Below the pieces are notes generated by a model. That model was not told the origin of the DNA and made no database searches. It saw only the letters and a program-made list of their open reading frames with translations. From positions 124,001 to 188,000 of the IMG/VR virus record IMGVR_UViG_3300047560_000921: 64,000 nucleotides of DNA. The stretch is one strand, 5' to 3'. This document shows, piece by piece, positions 17,359 to 26,523 of this stretch (the stretch's first letter is position 1; the number at the start of each line of letters is the position of its first letter). A program made the position numbers and the translations under genes.

Positions 17359-18571
17359 CGTACCATTCCTTAAACCATGGATGCAAGTCTAGTAAGTTTT
17401 GACGTCTATGTGAATCCATAAACTTCATACGCTTGATAAAGTCTTGCTTGTCTTGTTCACTGGGACTAGGTAGTGCGGCAATCTTTTCCAAACTCTTTAC
17501 CATGTTAGATAAAGCATAGTGTTCGCCGAACTTACTGTTAATGTGTTTGGCAGCATCTAAAGCAATACTAGCTCTAACTGAATCTGGTAGCACTTCGGGT
17601 CTCATACAAGTTGGATGATCCACGTTGATGACAAATATGTTAAAGTCTAGTTCGCCTACTAAAATGTCAGCAACCTTTTTCATGCTGGGCATAGTTAAGT
17701 TGCTTAGTGTAGTATGTATGCAAGTCTTGTTATTAGGACGTTGCTTAGACCAGTACTTTAGTTCTTGTAAGTTACTGTAAATCTTATCCCACTTAGCTGG
17801 CCAACGCACATACTCGTAGTATTCTTCCACACCGTCTATGCTGGCGTTTAAGTTTACTTCTTTAAAGTGGCTCCACTTGTCGTACCACTTGCTACCAATA
17901 GTAGTAATGTTACTGTTATACTCGAGCGAAATGTTTTTAGCAAAGTCTAGTTCAATTAGCAAGTCCAGAAACTCTTCTTGCTCGTCCATGATTAAAGGTT
18001 CGCCGCCAATGATGTATACGCTTTTTAAATCGTGCCCTTGTTCACGGACAACATCAAATAGTCTGCTACGCTTAACCCAACTAGTCTTCTCCAAGAAGTC
18101 CATGTCAACTTGTGTGTATGCATTGGCTGGGTCTTTGTTAATTTCCTGTGCTAGCAAACTGCTACTATACGGATGGCACATTCTACAAGCTAAGTTACAT
18201 TTGTTACCAAAGTCTAGTTCTAAACGTTCCAGCTTTACAGTGGCATCGCCTTGTAATAACTTATTGTAAGTCTCTGGGAATCTATATGTATTATTAATTT
18301 GTCTGTAGCTTTCAGCTTTGATGTCCTCTAGCTTCCAGCAACGTTCGCATTGTGCTGGTTTGTATCCTGCTAGCATAGTACTGCGTACTCGTTGCAATGC
18401 AGAATTGTGTTGCCATGTTAATTCAACTCGTTGCGTAACAGGAGCAGGCATATCGCTATTGCTAAGTCCACCATTGAGTGCATTACAACATAAACGCTGA
18501 TGCCCACTTTGCCCAATACTCAACGTATTAAAGGGCAGTACGCACAACGTATCATTTAACGTATTTTTCAC
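17348..18571 (-). CDS. N-terminal twitch-domain radical SAM protein
   Basis: CVLPF..GHQRLCC..CERC; CNLACRMC; IGGEP. Confidence 0.9.
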   Translation of the reverse strand: MKNTLNDTLCVLPFNTLSIGQSGHQRLCCNALNGGLSNSDMPAPVTQRVELTWQHNSALQRVRSTMLAGYKPAQCERCWKLEDIKAESYRQINNTYRFPETYNKLLQGDATVKLERLELDFGNKCNLACRMCHPYSSSLLAQEINKDPANAYTQVDMDFLEKTSWVKRSRLFDVVREQGHDLKSVYIIGGEPLIMDEQEEFLDLLIELDFAKNISLEYNSNITTIGSKWYDKWSHFKEVNLNASIDGVEEYYEYVRWPAKWDKIYSNLQELKYWSKQRPNNKTCIHTTLSNLTMPSMKKVADILVGELDFNIFVINVDHPTCMRPEVLPDSVRASIALDAAKHINSKFGEHYALSNMVKSLEKIAALPSPSEQDKQDFIKRMKFMDSHRRQNLLDLHPWFKEWYDVY

Positions 18572-19898
18572 AATCTTTTAAAAACTTTTCGTATTCTGGA
18601 AATGTAGACAAGAAATCGGTTCCTCGTCTGCGGTCATGCTCCATGAAGAATCTGTAGAAGTCTGCCTTGGCGTTTATTTCTCTAACCAATGACAATGTGT
18701 GTTTGCGGAAGTGACTGCGAACACGTTCTAGTCGTTCTATTTCAATAGCATTGAAACCTTTATTTAAATGCTCTTTCATAAATGCAATGTCTGCATCTAT
18801 GTAATGTACAAAGTCTGGAGGTAGTATTCCTATGCTCCAGTGGTCGGGCTCTTTAAGGTGCGGTGTAATAAACTCTACACGATTGCCGTAGAGCTGTCGC
18901 CATTCTAATATCTTTTTCAGTAACTGATTAAAGCTAGGCAATACCATGTTGTTGTATGTAACCATAATTTCAACACTGGCATTGATGTCCTTAAAGTTAT
19001 CCATTATAGTTTTAAAGTTCTGTTCCCATACGGCACAGTCTAATCCATAACGAATGTATTCAGCAGGCTTGCCCCAAGTATCTAAACTAACATGCATACG
19101 ATAATTCTTAATTGCACGTTTGCTTAACAATGTTTTAACACGTTCGCTTAATCGTTCTATTAACGCAGGCTTGACGCCCAAGTTACTATTGATTAGCAAT
19201 GTAAGATGCGGAGCAGGTTCTGCTTCTAACTTGTCTAACAGTTGCCATGTGTTTTGATTAAGCATGGGCTCACCGCCGGTAATGCGTAAAGTCTGTAAGT
19301 CTTTAATCAGTGTAGGCCACCAAGCCCAAAATGCTTTTACGTAAGGATTGTTTTCATCATCGCTTTCGTAGTATTCTCTGTCCTTGATAAAATCGATGCT
19401 GTATTGTTTTGTTAGTACAGGAAAGTTGCCATTGGTCTTAATGTCGTTGATCCAACTGTTGCTAACTGTGGGAGTGCAATAACCACACATAAAGTTACAA
19501 ACATTACCAAAGTTAACTTCGATGAACTTGGGGTTAAAATCATCAGTAGGACCTAAGCTACGCACAATGTCATAGACGTCCATGTCATTGGCACTGTTAA
19601 TAATCCTATCACTGATGTGTCCATTGTCTTCTACTTGCCAGCAAAAGTTACATTCTTCTGGACGCTTACCCGATAGCATTTGCTGTCTACGTTCTTGCTT
19701 GTGTGCAGTATTATGTAGGCCAGAAGGGCTACGCTTGATATCCTTAATATCAATCTTATGTGGGTGTGGATGATAACAACTATGGTTATCTCCTGTTTGC
19801 AAATACAATGTTTGCTGAGTCCATTTAAGTAAACAGAATCCTTGTCCTACTTGATCCAGTTTGGCTTTAACGGACTTTAGTCTATCTAGCTCATCCAT
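18552..19898 (-). CDS. N-terminal twitch-like radical SAM protein
   Basis: FCLLKW..NHSCYHP..CNFC; CNFMCGYC; TGGEP; likely start MDELD at 19898. Confidence 0.9.
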   Translation of the reverse strand: MDELDRLKSVKAKLDQVGQGFCLLKWTQQTLYLQTGDNHSCYHPHPHKIDIKDIKRSPSGLHNTAHKQERRQQMLSGKRPEECNFCWQVEDNGHISDRIINSANDMDVYDIVRSLGPTDDFNPKFIEVNFGNVCNFMCGYCTPTVSNSWINDIKTNGNFPVLTKQYSIDFIKDREYYESDDENNPYVKAFWAWWPTLIKDLQTLRITGGEPMLNQNTWQLLDKLEAEPAPHLTLLINSNLGVKPALIERLSERVKTLLSKRAIKNYRMHVSLDTWGKPAEYIRYGLDCAVWEQNFKTIMDNFKDINASVEIMVTYNNMVLPSFNQLLKKILEWRQLYGNRVEFITPHLKEPDHWSIGILPPDFVHYIDADIAFMKEHLNKGFNAIEIERLERVRSHFRKHTLSLVREINAKADFYRFFMEHDRRRGTDFLSTFPEYEKFLKDCEKYVK

Positions 19899-21195
19899 TT
19901 GTTTGTGTCTTGTGATGTTGGCTTCCCAGCTCACCGTTGTCTAGTTTGTTCCACTCTTTACCACAGCAAGTACTACATTGACGACTACGCATATTGTGTC
20001 CTTTGTATATACTGCGTGGCAGGAACCTATCAAAGAACTGTCCTTTAAGAACTTGGGCCAATGTGTTCTGGTGCAAGCTCAATGTATCCATACCGCCAGC
20101 AAGTTCAATCATTTGAATACTTGCATCATCGCTGATGTTCTTAAATGCCGCACCTTGCTTGGCAACTTCCCACGGTCTGTCGTCACTGATATGACGCCAT
20201 GGCTCGCCACCAATAAAGCAACATGGGAATACATGTCCGCTGGCACTGACAAAGATTTCGTTTAGTTGATTATTGCCGCCCTTTTCGTGATGCTGTGCTC
20301 TGCAACTAACTTCGATGTCATTGTGTTTGAACTTGACCCATTCGTTCTTTTCGTTGTCCCATTCTCTGTGCTCCAAACTAATTTGTTGCATCTTATCAAA
20401 CTCTTGATTAGTAATGTACATAGGAACAATACCAATAGTCTTTAGTTCTTTAAAGTTACTATCCCTAAAGTTTTCGTTGTCTGGTTGTTCTAATTTGTAT
20501 AGCACTTGCTTGTCTTTGTTAAGCACTTCGTAGAACCCGCGGCCAGCATCGTCCCACTTGTGCCAACGAGTAGTACGCTTAACGTTAAAGAACTCAAAGC
20601 CCAATTCATCTGCTAGTGCTCGTGCTTGTTCGACTTGATGTTCGTTATGTTTGAATACAATAAAGTCCCACTTGGCAACCCCACCAGCAGCCTTAAATGC
20701 TTTCATGTTAGCAAGGATCTTACTGAACTTAGTATTACGGCGATACAAGTGATTAGTGTCTTCTAACCCGTCCACACTAAACACGCAAAAGTCTCCACGC
20801 TCAAAGTTATTAACCACTTTACCTAGTTCAGTCCACCAAGCAGGTGTACGTGCGCTGGCATTGGTATGTAACGTAAGAGCCATGTCAGGATTATGTTCTC
20901 TCATGTACTTGAAGATTTCTAAACTGTCTTTGGCAACAATAGGGTCTCCGTAATTACCACATGCATACACACGCTTTAACTGCTTGACAAAGGCAGGTGG
21001 GAACCATGTTTTAAATTGTTCCAGGGTAATTTCAGTTTCTTGCACCTTAGGATTCATCTCTGCGCCGTTGTTAATATAACGTGGACACATAGGACAACCG
21101 GCATTACACTTGTCTGTTAGTTCTAAGTGCATACCTGTAATTTCGCCCGGGCCGTACAAGGCTGGCACATCATAGTTCATTAATCTCATTTCCAA
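19891..21195 (-). CDS. radical SAM protein with C-terminal SPASM/twitch domain
   Basis: CNAGCPMC; GNYGDP; C-terminal GHVFPCC...CSTCC. Confidence 0.9.
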   Translation of the reverse strand: MEMRLMNYDVPALYGPGEITGMHLELTDKCNAGCPMCPRYINNGAEMNPKVQETEITLEQFKTWFPPAFVKQLKRVYACGNYGDPIVAKDSLEIFKYMREHNPDMALTLHTNASARTPAWWTELGKVVNNFERGDFCVFSVDGLEDTNHLYRRNTKFSKILANMKAFKAAGGVAKWDFIVFKHNEHQVEQARALADELGFEFFNVKRTTRWHKWDDAGRGFYEVLNKDKQVLYKLEQPDNENFRDSNFKELKTIGIVPMYITNQEFDKMQQISLEHREWDNEKNEWVKFKHNDIEVSCRAQHHEKGGNNQLNEIFVSASGHVFPCCFIGGEPWRHISDDRPWEVAKQGAAFKNISDDASIQMIELAGGMDTLSLHQNTLAQVLKGQFFDRFLPRSIYKGHNMRSRQCSTCCGKEWNKLDNGELGSQHHKTQTNG

Positions 21196-22592
21196 TTCCT
21201 ATATACTTGTTCACACATATAAAAGAAGTCTGTGTATTCTGGGAAGGTAGCTAATAAGTTAGTACCTCTACGTTTGTCATGTTCTGTAAAGAACGTATAA
21301 AAATCTCTGCGCCCTTGTCTTATAACATCTGCATTTACTGGATTCTCTGCCATGTAATCAACTACACGCTTGAACTTTTCAATTTCTACTTTATCAAACC
21401 CATGCTTAAAGTCTGGCCTGCGTTCTCGATACTTCATATGACGCAAGTGGTCATACATATTGTCCAAGAAGTTCTTAGTTAAAATGTTAATCATCCAGTG
21501 AGGCGGTTCTTTTAAGTAAGGAGTATCAAAGCCAATGCGTTGGGTATACATGTTTTCCAGTGTACCGTATTCTTCTCTTAACGCTAGTATTTTGTCCAGT
21601 AACAATCTAAACTTAACTACACTAAGGACGTTAAATGTAATCATCAAATTGATTTTACTGTTTGGTACAGTGTCTAAGAATATACGTACATTCTTTTCCC
21701 ATAGCGCACAGTCTAAGCCATTACGCATATACTCTGCACGTTCACCCCAACTGTCAATGCTGGTAAACAGTCTAAAGTCTTTAATCTTTCCTTCTGCTAG
21801 CAACTTACTTACTTTCTCGCTCAGTTTCTCTACTAGGCTAGATTTCATGCCCAAGTTACTGTTGATATGTAATTGTAGCTCTGGCGCAGGATCTTCATCT
21901 AACATGTCTAACAGTTTAAACGTATTGCTATTAAGCAATGGCTCACCACCGGTGATCCGGAATACTTTTAAGTCCTTCTTTAGACTTGGCCACCACTCCC
22001 ACCATGCATCCACATAAGGGTTCGGCATATCAGGTTCGTAAAATACTCCGGCCTTTAAGAAGTCAATGCTGTACTGTTTGGTAGTAATGTCATAGTCGCC
22101 TTTGCGTTTGATTTCTTCCATCCATGCGCTACTAGCCTGTGGACAGCAGTATCCACATTTAAGTTGGCAAGCATTACCAAAGCTAACTTCAATGTGTCTG
22201 GGATTCCAATCTGCATCAGCATCTAAGTTTCTAATAGTGTCGTAGTCTTCGATAGCATAGTCACTGGTACTGTGTACAAATCTATCACTGATGTGGTCAC
22301 CTTGCAAGTCTTCGACGTTCCAACAGTAATAACATTCACTGGGACGTTCGCCTTCTAGCATTAGTTTGCGTTGTTGCTTTTTGTACTCTGTATTGTGTAG
22401 TCCACTAGGGCTTCTTTGTATATCTTCTATTTTAATCTTGTGTGGACGTGGATGGTAACAACTGTGGTTGTCGCCCATGTGCAAATACAATGTTTCCGTT
22501 TGCCATTTCATCAAGCAAAAGCCCTTGCCCACTGCATTGAGCTTTTCTTTTGTTTCTAATAGTTTGTCGTAATAGCTTTTAGGCTCTTGCAT
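21186..22592 (-). CDS. N-terminal twitch-like radical SAM protein
   Basis: FCLMKW..NHSCYHP..CYYC; CQLKCGYC; TGGEP; start reassigned to MQEPK (22592) because the longer ORF overlaps the next gene. Confidence 0.9.
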   Translation of the reverse strand: MQEPKSYYDKLLETKEKLNAVGKGFCLMKWQTETLYLHMGDNHSCYHPRPHKIKIEDIQRSPSGLHNTEYKKQQRKLMLEGERPSECYYCWNVEDLQGDHISDRFVHSTSDYAIEDYDTIRNLDADADWNPRHIEVSFGNACQLKCGYCCPQASSAWMEEIKRKGDYDITTKQYSIDFLKAGVFYEPDMPNPYVDAWWEWWPSLKKDLKVFRITGGEPLLNSNTFKLLDMLDEDPAPELQLHINSNLGMKSSLVEKLSEKVSKLLAEGKIKDFRLFTSIDSWGERAEYMRNGLDCALWEKNVRIFLDTVPNSKINLMITFNVLSVVKFRLLLDKILALREEYGTLENMYTQRIGFDTPYLKEPPHWMINILTKNFLDNMYDHLRHMKYRERRPDFKHGFDKVEIEKFKRVVDYMAENPVNADVIRQGRRDFYTFFTEHDKRRGTNLLATFPEYTDFFYMCEQVYRNWK

Positions 22593-24222
22593 TATAACTG
22601 TTCTCGCATTGTTTCCAATAGAGCTGTAGCTCTGGGAATGTCTTAACAAAGTTTGTACCTTTGCGATAATCATACTCTCTAAAGAAAGCATAAAAATCTC
22701 TACGCAATAATGCACGTTCGTTGTCAGTGTATGTACAACTCTTCATCCATGCAATGTTGCGTTTTAGTTTGTCTATTTCAAAATCTGCAAAGCCAATTAG
22801 TTCGCCGTGTACTGCTACACTGTTTGCTTCCATAAACTCAACTGCTTTATCTAAGATGCTGTGCATGTTAGCGGGCAAGTTTTGTATAGTTAACCAAACA
22901 GGAGTGCGTAGTGTAGGAATGTCAAACCATACACGTTGTCGGTCCCAGTAGTTATTAAACTCGGGATTCTTTTCTGGAATGTCCTTGAGACTGTTAACAT
23001 ACTTACGCATGTCTAAAATCATCTCTAAGTATTTTTGCAATCCAGGAACGCTTAATAGATTGAATGTGTTAATAAAATTAACAGTGGTCATATGAGTATC
23101 ATATAACACACGCTTAGTATTAGTTATCAGTGTATCATAGTTCATTCCATTGCGAATGTACTCTGCTTGTGCGCCATGACTGTCCACGCTTACATAAATG
23201 CCAATGTGTCTACACGCTTTTGTTCTAGTTAACTCGTAGCTAAAGCTACCGTCTGCGGGAACATGGTCAATGGTTGGCAAGCCATGTATCTGCAATCTAT
23301 GTAGTGTGTCTACATTAACTTGTGACTTGTTTAACACATGGCGCGGCCATTTAGTGTGACTTTTCTTTCCATTGTTAACTGCTATAACTGTGGCACTGGC
23401 ACTGTAGTTTTCGATGGCTTGTACGCTATTAACAAACTTGTCTAGTAAGTCTTGCGATGGCGGGCACATGTTGGTAGTAATACCAATCTCTAAATCACCC
23501 TTAGGGTTCGCCGCAATGTAATCTAAAACCTTAAACGTGTTCTTATCCATGAGTGGTTCGCCACCAGTCATACGGAATACAAGTAGTGTTTCATACAACT
23601 CAGGCCACCACTTCCAAAATGCCTCTACGTAAGGATTATCTCTGTTAGCTACCTTTAAGGGCATTAAGCCGTTGGCTTCTAATGCAGGGATAGCATTGTG
23701 TGGTGTACTAGTAGGATAAGGCCCGTACTCTTTAATTTCTTCTTCCCATGCAGTGCTTAAATGCGGACTGCAATAAGCGCATTTAAAGTTACAACTTTGA
23801 TTAAAGTTAACTTCTACATAAGTGGGGTTAGGTTCTAGATTACTGATACTATCGCGATAAGGCAACGCCCAGTGTTCGCTACTACGATAATGTCTATCGC
23901 TGGCACTGCCTTGTGCTTCTAAACTCCAGCAGTACGAACAACCTGCAGGCTTTTTACCCGCAAGCATTTGTTTTCGTTCTTCTATCTTTTGGTCAGTATT
24001 ATGTAATGCGCTAGGCCTGCGCTGTATTTGATCAATGCTAATTGCGTGAGTAGGCGGATGATAGCAACTGTGAGTTCTGCCATTGGTTAAATGTAGGCTG
24101 ACGTGGTACCATTTAGCCAAACACATGCTGTCACTTTGACTGTTAAGCCATTCAGTGCTAGACTCTCTTAGTTTGGCTACCTCAGTAGCGGTAAGTGGAT
24201 TTGTGTGTACGTATGGTCGCAT
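22579..24222 (-). CDS. N-terminal twitch-like radical SAM protein
   Basis: MCLAKW..THSCYHP..CSYC; CNFKCAYC; TGGEP. Confidence 0.9.
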   Translation of the reverse strand: MRPYVHTNPLTATEVAKLRESSTEWLNSQSDSMCLAKWYHVSLHLTNGRTHSCYHPPTHAISIDQIQRRPSALHNTDQKIEERKQMLAGKKPAGCSYCWSLEAQGSASDRHYRSSEHWALPYRDSISNLEPNPTYVEVNFNQSCNFKCAYCSPHLSTAWEEEIKEYGPYPTSTPHNAIPALEANGLMPLKVANRDNPYVEAFWKWWPELYETLLVFRMTGGEPLMDKNTFKVLDYIAANPKGDLEIGITTNMCPPSQDLLDKFVNSVQAIENYSASATVIAVNNGKKSHTKWPRHVLNKSQVNVDTLHRLQIHGLPTIDHVPADGSFSYELTRTKACRHIGIYVSVDSHGAQAEYIRNGMNYDTLITNTKRVLYDTHMTTVNFINTFNLLSVPGLQKYLEMILDMRKYVNSLKDIPEKNPEFNNYWDRQRVWFDIPTLRTPVWLTIQNLPANMHSILDKAVEFMEANSVAVHGELIGFADFEIDKLKRNIAWMKSCTYTDNERALLRRDFYAFFREYDYRKGTNFVKTFPELQLYWKQCENSYNARA

Positions 24223-24238
24223 AATTAACTGCGTAGAT

Positions 24239-24245
24239 TATTTAT
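24239..24245 (-). promoter_or_regulatory. T4-like late promoter box (ATAAATA)
   Basis: AATAAATA on the minus strand about 17 nt upstream of ATG 24222. Confidence 0.5.
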
Positions 24246-24268
24246 TCTACGCTAGTTAACTGAAAATG

Positions 24269-24661
24269 TCAAGACGTAACTTTAGGTGGATGTTGAGTTT
24301 TATTTGAACTCATCATGTTCGAACTAGTAGGATGTTGCTTCCAATGTTCGCTGTGTAATTCACTAGCAATATTAGGCTTGTGTGCAACTAGCCATTTCTT
24401 AATAACAGGAATACAGTCAGCTTTGGGATCCTTCTTTTCTTTGTAAAAATCAAGAAGTTCTTGATGTAAGTCAGGATAAGTCAGGCCTACTCTGCTCAAC
24501 GCTTTGATGCTATCATAAGCATCTTTACCAACAGCAACAGTTCCAAACAGAACCAAATGGCCCAAGCCGATAATATCAATTTTAGCACGTTCGACATCCC
24601 ATAAGTCACCAGAAGGTTTCCATACTCCTTCTTGTTCATTTAAAAATTCATGTGCTCTCAT
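24269..24661 (-). CDS. hypothetical protein with MRxxE[F/L] leader
   Basis: Starts MRAHEFLNE. Confidence 0.7.
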   Translation of the reverse strand: MRAHEFLNEQEGVWKPSGDLWDVERAKIDIIGLGHLVLFGTVAVGKDAYDSIKALSRVGLTYPDLHQELLDFYKEKKDPKADCIPVIKKWLVAHKPNIASELHSEHWKQHPTSSNMMSSNKTQHPPKVTS

Positions 24662-24677
24662 AATATACTCCAGTATA

Positions 24678-25421
24678 CTATTTAATCAATTTTATCATTA
24701 AGCCTGCAAAGTCAAATTCCCACCACTTTTCTTTGGTTGTGTAGCTAATGGGATTGTCGTGGTGATTGGCATGCCATCCCTCCCCAAAGAACAGTATAGC
24801 AGTAATAGGGTTATTGTAAGCATGATGTTTAGGGTTATCCCTGTTTCTGTAGCCAAACCAGTGGTTAATAGTGTTTACACTGCCGCCTATTTCCCATAGC
24901 AATGCCATTGGGGCTAGATATGCACAAATAAACAATGCAGGGCTAATCAGCAACCATGTAATGCCAATGATAATGTGTAGCTTGAAATAGTTTCTATTCA
25001 GCTTAGTTTGGAACTTGTCCTTGAGCATGTCTATAATATGCTCTCCGCCGGCTTGCCCAAACATGCCTAAGAACTGGACTCTAGCTAGGCCCAAGTGCTC
25101 AGGTCCATGTGGGTCACGTTCCGTATCTACAAACTTGTGATGTGCTCTGTGTACTGCGGTCCATACCATGGGACTACCAATGCCCGCATAAGCACCTAGC
25201 AAACTGCCAATCTTCCTGTATCTGTCACTGGCTGGCCAACTGTTGTGTGCTAGCAGTCTGTGGTAAGTCATTACTAGGCCAAAGCATCCGCACAGAACAA
25301 ATACAACCAGTGTAACTAACCACGCAAGGGTAGTGCCGTAGACAATTTGGTATACCAGGCCCATGTGTGCAAGTATTTGTAAGTACAAGACTTTCCAGCT
25401 GGTAGTGAGATATTTTTTCAT
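24678..25421 (-). CDS. membrane fatty acid desaturase (delta-9 acyl-CoA/DesC-like)
   Basis: His boxes HRLLAH, HRAHH, HANHH; TM segments; FGEGWH. Confidence 0.93.
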   Translation of the reverse strand: MKKYLTTSWKVLYLQILAHMGLVYQIVYGTTLAWLVTLVVFVLCGCFGLVMTYHRLLAHNSWPASDRYRKIGSLLGAYAGIGSPMVWTAVHRAHHKFVDTERDPHGPEHLGLARVQFLGMFGQAGGEHIIDMLKDKFQTKLNRNYFKLHIIIGITWLLISPALFICAYLAPMALLWEIGGSVNTINHWFGYRNRDNPKHHAYNNPITAILFFGEGWHANHHDNPISYTTKEKWWEFDFAGLMIKLIK

Positions 25422-26044
25422 AGGAATAAGTTACAAAGGAGAATCTTACGAGTTTGTTGTACTAGTGGTACACAGTGCCAAGTGACTTCAGTGTTAAGCC
25501 AAAAGGTTCCTGTCCACTTTTTATTTCTACCACGATGTATAATCTTTTCAGGATACTCGTGTTCTACTTGCTCAGGCATCCAACGCATAATACGTTCACG
25601 AGCAAATGTAGTTTGCGTTTCGTTGTCCTGCAAATTAATAATACCCGACAGCAAAACAAATCTGTTATCTAAATGCCAGCCTTGATGAAACCCCGGCTTG
25701 TCTATTACACGGCTAAAAGCAACTTTAGTTCTGCTAGCATAACGCTTTGTATACCATACATCAAAGTTAGGACTATCGAACAGTGGATAACGCAATGGAT
25801 CTAGGGCCATTAAACGTTGTGTAATTGTTTTAAGTGGATCATACATTTCCTTAGACAACTTGCTGAACTCGTCATTAACATCGTCTCTGGGAAATATACT
25901 TAAACGCTGTGGCTCAACTTCTAGATTACCATAATCAATTCTGCCAGGTTCGGCAGCAAATAGCAAATCAGTATCAAACCTTTCAAACTCTGGAAACTCA
26001 ACATCCAATATAGCTGGTTCTTTGGAAATTTCGAAGATATTCAT
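25418..26044 (-). CDS. putative 2OG-Fe(II) oxygenase-like protein
   Basis: WHLD (HxD) and distal TWHCV; the ORF track starts at TTG 26080, the first ATG is at 26044. Confidence 0.55.
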   Translation of the reverse strand: MNIFEISKEPAILDVEFPEFERFDTDLLFAAEPGRIDYGNLEVEPQRLSIFPRDDVNDEFSKLSKEMYDPLKTITQRLMALDPLRYPLFDSPNFDVWYTKRYASRTKVAFSRVIDKPGFHQGWHLDNRFVLLSGIINLQDNETQTTFARERIMRWMPEQVEHEYPEKIIHRGRNKKWTGTFWLNTEVTWHCVPLVQQTRKILLCNLFL

Positions 26045-26080
26045 TAGCACAGTATACACTAAGAACAAGTGTACAGTCAA

Positions 26081-26177
26081 TAGTTCCGGTTACTTTATCC
26101 GGAGCACACTACGCGGTGCAGTTCAATTGCGCGGACGCCTATATCCGTAGACGACAACGGCCCTAAGGTGGGTTCTG
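26081..26177 (-). ncRNA. candidate structured intergenic RNA
   Basis: GC-rich gap with stems CCC/GGG, CCGT/ACGG, CGCG/CGCG, GCAC/GTGC and TCCGG/CCGGA. Confidence 0.45.
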
Positions 26178-26477
26178 TTACTTGTCTAGCAAGTCTTTGT
26201 ATACTGTATTTAATCTTGTGGTGATCCAAATGCCAGGACTTCCGTGTACGCTTTTTGTAACGTCTGGCATCTTAGCGTGATAAAAGTCGTATAGTCTATC
26301 TTGGATATCGTCTGTAACTTCGGTGCTATTGTAGTCTAGATTATTGCTGGCTAACCGTTTTAGTATTTCTATCTCTTGCTCAGTAAATTGCTTACTTAAT
26401 TGATGAGCTTCGTTTGCTGGTACAGGTATATGCGGCTTCCGTGGCGGTTTATACCTTTGCTTTTTTAAATTGTTCAT
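26178..26477 (-). CDS. hypothetical protein
   Basis: 99-aa ORF. Confidence 0.6.
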   Translation of the reverse strand: MNNLKKQRYKPPRKPHIPVPANEAHQLSKQFTEQEIEILKRLASNNLDYNSTEVTDDIQDRLYDFYHAKMPDVTKSVHGSPGIWITTRLNTVYKDLLDK

Positions 26478-26490
26478 AACCGTTATAATG

Positions 26491-26513
26491 AAAAAGGCTA
26501 CTGACGTAGCCTT
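26491..26513 (-). terminator. rho-independent terminator after dps
   Basis: AAGGCTAC-gtca-GTAGCC followed by TTTTT on the minus strand. Confidence 0.75.
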
Positions 26514-26523
26514 GTGAAACTGA

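Noticed and set aside
21180-21195. ATGAGATT start (MRLMN) in a radical SAM gene as another leader-motif member
   Set aside because: It lacks the Glu/Asp at position 5 and is explained by overlap with the upstream stop codon
21186-22715. Long N-terminal extensions given by the ORF track (also at 40390-41478, 58857-59942 and 57646-58515)
   Set aside because: The extensions overlap neighbouring genes by 70-170 nt; downstream ATGs give normal coupling and family-typical N-termini
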